DNA of 64,000 nt from Acidimicrobiaceae bacterium (GTDB lineage Bacteria > Actinomycetota > Acidimicrobiia > Acidimicrobiales > Aldehydirespiratoraceae): positions 11,236-75,235 of the forward strand of contig JAPPMP010000032.1 of assembly GCA_028819005.1 (NCBI GenBank), written 5' to 3'. Positions 60,947-64,000 of the stretch are shown here, piece by piece. The notes under the pieces are model-generated. The model did no database searches and was not told the DNA's origin. It worked only from the letters and a program-made list of their open reading frames with translations. Numbering within the stretch: position 1 is the first letter of the stretch; each line of letters starts with the position of its first letter. The translations under genes and the position numbers were made by a program.

Positions 60947-61873
60947 TTGACTCCGACGACTAGAGCGGATCGGCCCCTCGCAATTCTGGGGCCCACCGCT
61001 TCGGGCAAGTCGTCGCTGGCCCTGGCGATAGCCGGAGAGATTGAAGCAGCCGAGATCGTGTCCATCGACTCGATGGCCGTCTATCGAGGCATGGACGTCG
61101 GCACCGCCTCGCCGAGCGCGAGCGAACGGGAGCAGGTTCCACACCATCTGATCGATGTGGCGGACCCTGGTGAGGAATTCACCGTGGGTTTGTTCAAACG
61201 GCTGGCCGTGCAAGCAATCGCCGAAATCCGCGAACGAGGGAACGCCCCGATCCTGGTCGGCGGCACGGGTCTGTATCTGCGAGCCGTTGTCGATGACCTC
61301 AAGTTGCCTGGTCGTTATCCTGAGATTGCAGCTGAACTCGACGCTGAGCCTGACACTGAGGCTCTGCACGCCCGCTTGGCGTCGCTCGATCCCACCGCAG
61401 CATCTCGGATGGAACCGAGGAATCGGCGCAGGATCCTGCGGGCATTGGAGGTGACGATCGGCAGCGAAACGCTGTTCTCGTCGTTCGGTCCGGGTCTCGA
61501 GCACTACGGACCGACTCCGTTCGTGATGACCGCACTGCGCTGGCCCCAAGAGATCCTCGACGAACGAATCGCCGCGCGCTACCGAGATCAGATCGAAGCG
61601 GGATTCCTCGACGAGGTTCGGGCCCTGGCTGCGGGTCGAGTGAGTCGTACCGCAACCCAAGCGCTCGGATACCGTGAGTTCCTTGCGCACATAGCCGGGG
61701 AATGCACTCTTGAGGAGGCGCTCGAAACAGCGATCAAACGGACTCGCAGATTTGCGCGCCGCCAGCAGCGCTGGTTCCGTCGCGACCCGCGGATCTGTTG
61801 GATCGACGCTCCAGTCAGCGCGTCGGAAATAATCGACCATTGGGACGAGCAGCGAATATTGCCCACCGGGTAG
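60947..61873 (+). CDS. miaA: tRNA dimethylallyltransferase
   Basis: P-loop 'GPTASGKSSLA', 'VSIDSMAVYRGMDVGT' and 'HHLIDV'. Confidence 0.92.
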   Translation: MTPTTRADRPLAILGPTASGKSSLALAIAGEIEAAEIVSIDSMAVYRGMDVGTASPSASEREQVPHHLIDVADPGEEFTVGLFKRLAVQAIAEIRERGNAPILVGGTGLYLRAVVDDLKLPGRYPEIAAELDAEPDTEALHARLASLDPTAASRMEPRNRRRILRALEVTIGSETLFSSFGPGLEHYGPTPFVMTALRWPQEILDERIAARYRDQIEAGFLDEVRALAAGRVSRTATQALGYREFLAHIAGECTLEEALETAIKRTRRFARRQQRWFRRDPRICWIDAPVSASEIIDHWDEQRILPTG

Positions 61874-61901
61874 AGGCGCGAACCTGCGAGAATGGGAGGC
61901 C

Positions 61902-62735
61902 ATGGCCCTCCGCTACTCCAAGCACCACGGATTGGGCAACGATTTCTTGGTTTTGCTCACCGACTCGCTGCCCCCAGATGCAGTGGATCAGTCAGTCGCG
62001 CTATGCGATCGCCGGACCGGGATCGGGGCCGACGGGTTGATTTATGGAGTCACGAGCGAAGCTCACGAGCTCTCGATGAACTTGTTCAATTCCGATGGCA
62101 GCAGCGCCGCGGTCAGCGGAAACGGTCTGCGCTGTCTCGTGCAGGCAGTGGCACGCCGCCGGTCCGTCGCGGCAATTGAGATCGAAGTGGAGACGCCGGC
62201 GGGGATGCGCCGCTGTTCAGCGAGCGCCACCGACAGCCCCAAGACGGTTGTTGCAACAATCGAAATGGGAACCGTGGCCGCGGGCCCGGCTCCCGATGTG
62301 GAAGACCTCATGGGAGCCGTTGCTGAGGAATTGGGGGAAGCCGGAGCGGAGTCGATGGGGGTGCGGCGCTGGGAGACCTGCGATATCGGCAATCCCCATG
62401 TGATCTGTCACGTCGACGACCCAGACGAGATTGTGCTCGATGTTGTCGGCCCGGCCATAGAACGCCACTTTGCCGACGGTGCAAATGTCAGCTTCGTCGC
62501 TGTCGACGGGAACGACCAGCTCGAGCTGAGGGTCTGGGAACGAGGGGCCGGCGTCACCAGCGCCTGCGGCACAGGGGCCACAGTAGCGGGCCATGTGTTC
62601 CGCCGTTGGGGGCTGATCGGTCCGAAATCGGTGGTGCGCATGCCGGGCGGCGATGCCGTCGTCGACTTGAGCGGCCCGCTCACACTCACCGGACCGGCCA
62701 CCCACGTCGCCGACATTGAGGTCTCCGATGTCTGA
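61902..62735 (+). CDS. dapF: diaminopimelate epimerase
   Basis: 'KHHGLGNDFLVL', 'VSGNGLRC' and 'TSACGTGA' catalytic Cys motifs. Confidence 0.92.
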   Translation: MALRYSKHHGLGNDFLVLLTDSLPPDAVDQSVALCDRRTGIGADGLIYGVTSEAHELSMNLFNSDGSSAAVSGNGLRCLVQAVARRRSVAAIEIEVETPAGMRRCSASATDSPKTVVATIEMGTVAAGPAPDVEDLMGAVAEELGEAGAESMGVRRWETCDIGNPHVICHVDDPDEIVLDVVGPAIERHFADGANVSFVAVDGNDQLELRVWERGAGVTSACGTGATVAGHVFRRWGLIGPKSVVRMPGGDAVVDLSGPLTLTGPATHVADIEVSDV

Positions 62736-64000
62736 GGAACACGACCCGACCTCGGGCGCTCTCAACAACGGGGTCAGCGAACACGCCGAAGCGGTCTCTG
62801 CTGAAAAGAACCTGCATGAGTCCTTTGACGCAACAGCAGAAAATGGTGGAGGCGCAATCCTGGAAGCAGCCCCAGACACCCACCGAGGCGGTTTCGGAGA
62901 GTTCGGCGGCGCGTCGGGCGGGCTTATCGAACGGACTTTCCGTGAGCGCATGGTGCTCGTGGGAATGGTGGGCGACAGCGACACGACAGAGTCGGTCAAC
63001 GCTTCGCTCGACGAACTCGCACTCTTGGTCGACACGGCCGGCGCGGATGAGGTTGAACGGGTGCTGCAACGGCGCGCCGCTCCCGACCCAGCGACCTTCA
63101 TCGGGTCGGGAAAGGCGAAGCAGATCAAATCAATCGTGGACGAAGTCGACTGTGACACCGTCGTATTCGACGATGAGCTCTCGCCTGCCCAGCAGTTCAA
63201 TCTTGAGAAGATCCTCGGCTGCTCGGCCCTGGATCGCACGGCGGTGATCCTCGATATTTTCGCGCAGAATGCCAATACCTTGGAGGGCAAGGCGCAGGTT
63301 GAGTTGGCGCAGCTTCGCTATCGCCTGCCGCGCCTGCGAAGCCTTGCGGGGCATTACTCTCAGCAAGCCGGCGGAATCGGCGCCCGAGGACCCGGCGAGA
63401 CTCAACTGGAGGTGGATCGACGTCGCCTTCTCCGCCGGGTCCACAAACTCGAGGCTGATCTTCGCAAGGTTGAAGGTCATCGGGAGACTCAGGCGAAGGC
63501 CAGGAGCCGGACTCGGAACCGGGCTGTGGCGCTCGTCGGCTACACCAATGCCGGCAAGTCGTCGCTGCTGAATCGCATCACCGATGCAGACGTGCTGGTG
63601 GAGGATCGATTGTTCGCAACCCTCGACGCCACGACCCGGCGCCTGTCCCTGCCGGGGGGAGAGACGGTGTTCGCAACCGACACGGTCGGTTTCGTCAAAA
63701 AGCTGCCCCATCAGTTGGTGACTGCGTTCAAGACCACGCTCGACGTCGTTCGCGACGCCGATCTGTTGGTCCATGTCGTCGACGGCGGCGGACCAGATCC
63801 GCTCGGGTCGATTGCCGCGGTGCGCGAAGTTCTAGGCGAGATCGACGCCGGGGACTTACCGGAACTTCTGGTGTTCAACAAGTCAGACCTGGGTGAGGCT
63901 TCAGCGCGACTTGCCGGGTGCCATGAGGGATCGATAGCCGTGTCGGCTGAGAGCGGCGACAATATCGACGCGCTCCTCGAAGTCATCGGGGACCGCCTTC
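62728..64000 (+). CDS. hflX: GTPase HflX (3' end outside window)
   Basis: ATG 62728 overlaps the dapF stop (ATGTCTGA). The frame stays open to the window edge, so it is absent from the ORF track. G1 'GYTNAGKSSLLN', G3 'DTVGF' and G4 'NKSD'. Confidence 0.9.
   Translation, partial: MSEEHDPTSGALNNGVSEHAEAVSAEKNLHESFDATAENGGGAILEAAPDTHRGGFGEFGGASGGLIERTFRERMVLVGMVGDSDTTESVNASLDELALLVDTAGADEVERVLQRRAAPDPATFIGSGKAKQIKSIVDEVDCDTVVFDDELSPAQQFNLEKILGCSALDRTAVILDIFAQNANTLEGKAQVELAQLRYRLPRLRSLAGHYSQQAGGIGARGPGETQLEVDRRRLLRRVHKLEADLRKVEGHRETQAKARSRTRNRAVALVGYTNAGKSSLLNRITDADVLVEDRLFATLDATTRRLSLPGGETVFATDTVGFVKKLPHQLVTAFKTTLDVVRDADLLVHVVDGGGPDPLGSIAAVREVLGEIDAGDLPELLVFNKSDLGEASARLAGCHEGSIAVSAESGDNIDALLEVIGDRL

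Overview
High-GC, gene-dense chromosomal window from an actinobacterium, judged from whiB next to pdtaS, DUF3107, the DUF3090/SCO1664/phosphomutase trio and an Rv2466c-like oxidoreductase. Most of it is core: leuS, argS, lysA, recA with a LexA box, miaB, miaA, dapF, hflX, etfBA, mrp, msrB. Four blocks stand out. (1) 3.7-10.1 kb holds a six-gene corrinoid/THF methyltransferase operon built around a non-pyrrolysine MttB homologue. (2) 19.3-26.4 kb holds a translationally coupled System I ccmABCDEFGHI operon, followed by a YceI / heme-c / PHM-like copper monooxygenase fusion. (3) 28.6-33.1 kb is a lower-GC three-gene island: a McrB-family AAA+ NTPase with an unrecognised N-terminal domain, a PD-ExK partner coupled by TTGA, and a convergent beta-class DNA methyltransferase. 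This island is my best candidate for an undescribed defence/restriction system. (4) 45.9-52.1 kb is a variable stretch with two DUF4143 ATPases (one extended, one TAG-interrupted), a truncated cysteine desulfurase, a HicB remnant and tRNA-Arg. It also carries a DsbA/Mrx-2-like gene whose CPWC nucleophilic Cys codon is an in-frame TGA followed by a SECIS-like hairpin. The 38.4-44 kb interval contains four GC-rich intergenic minisatellites with a shared core. There is a hairpin-repeat-flanked DUF559 cassette next to tRNA-Pro and a perfect 30-bp duplication across the recA stop. No rRNA, CRISPR array, transposase or integrase was seen. All homology calls rest on motif recognition by eye, not database searches.
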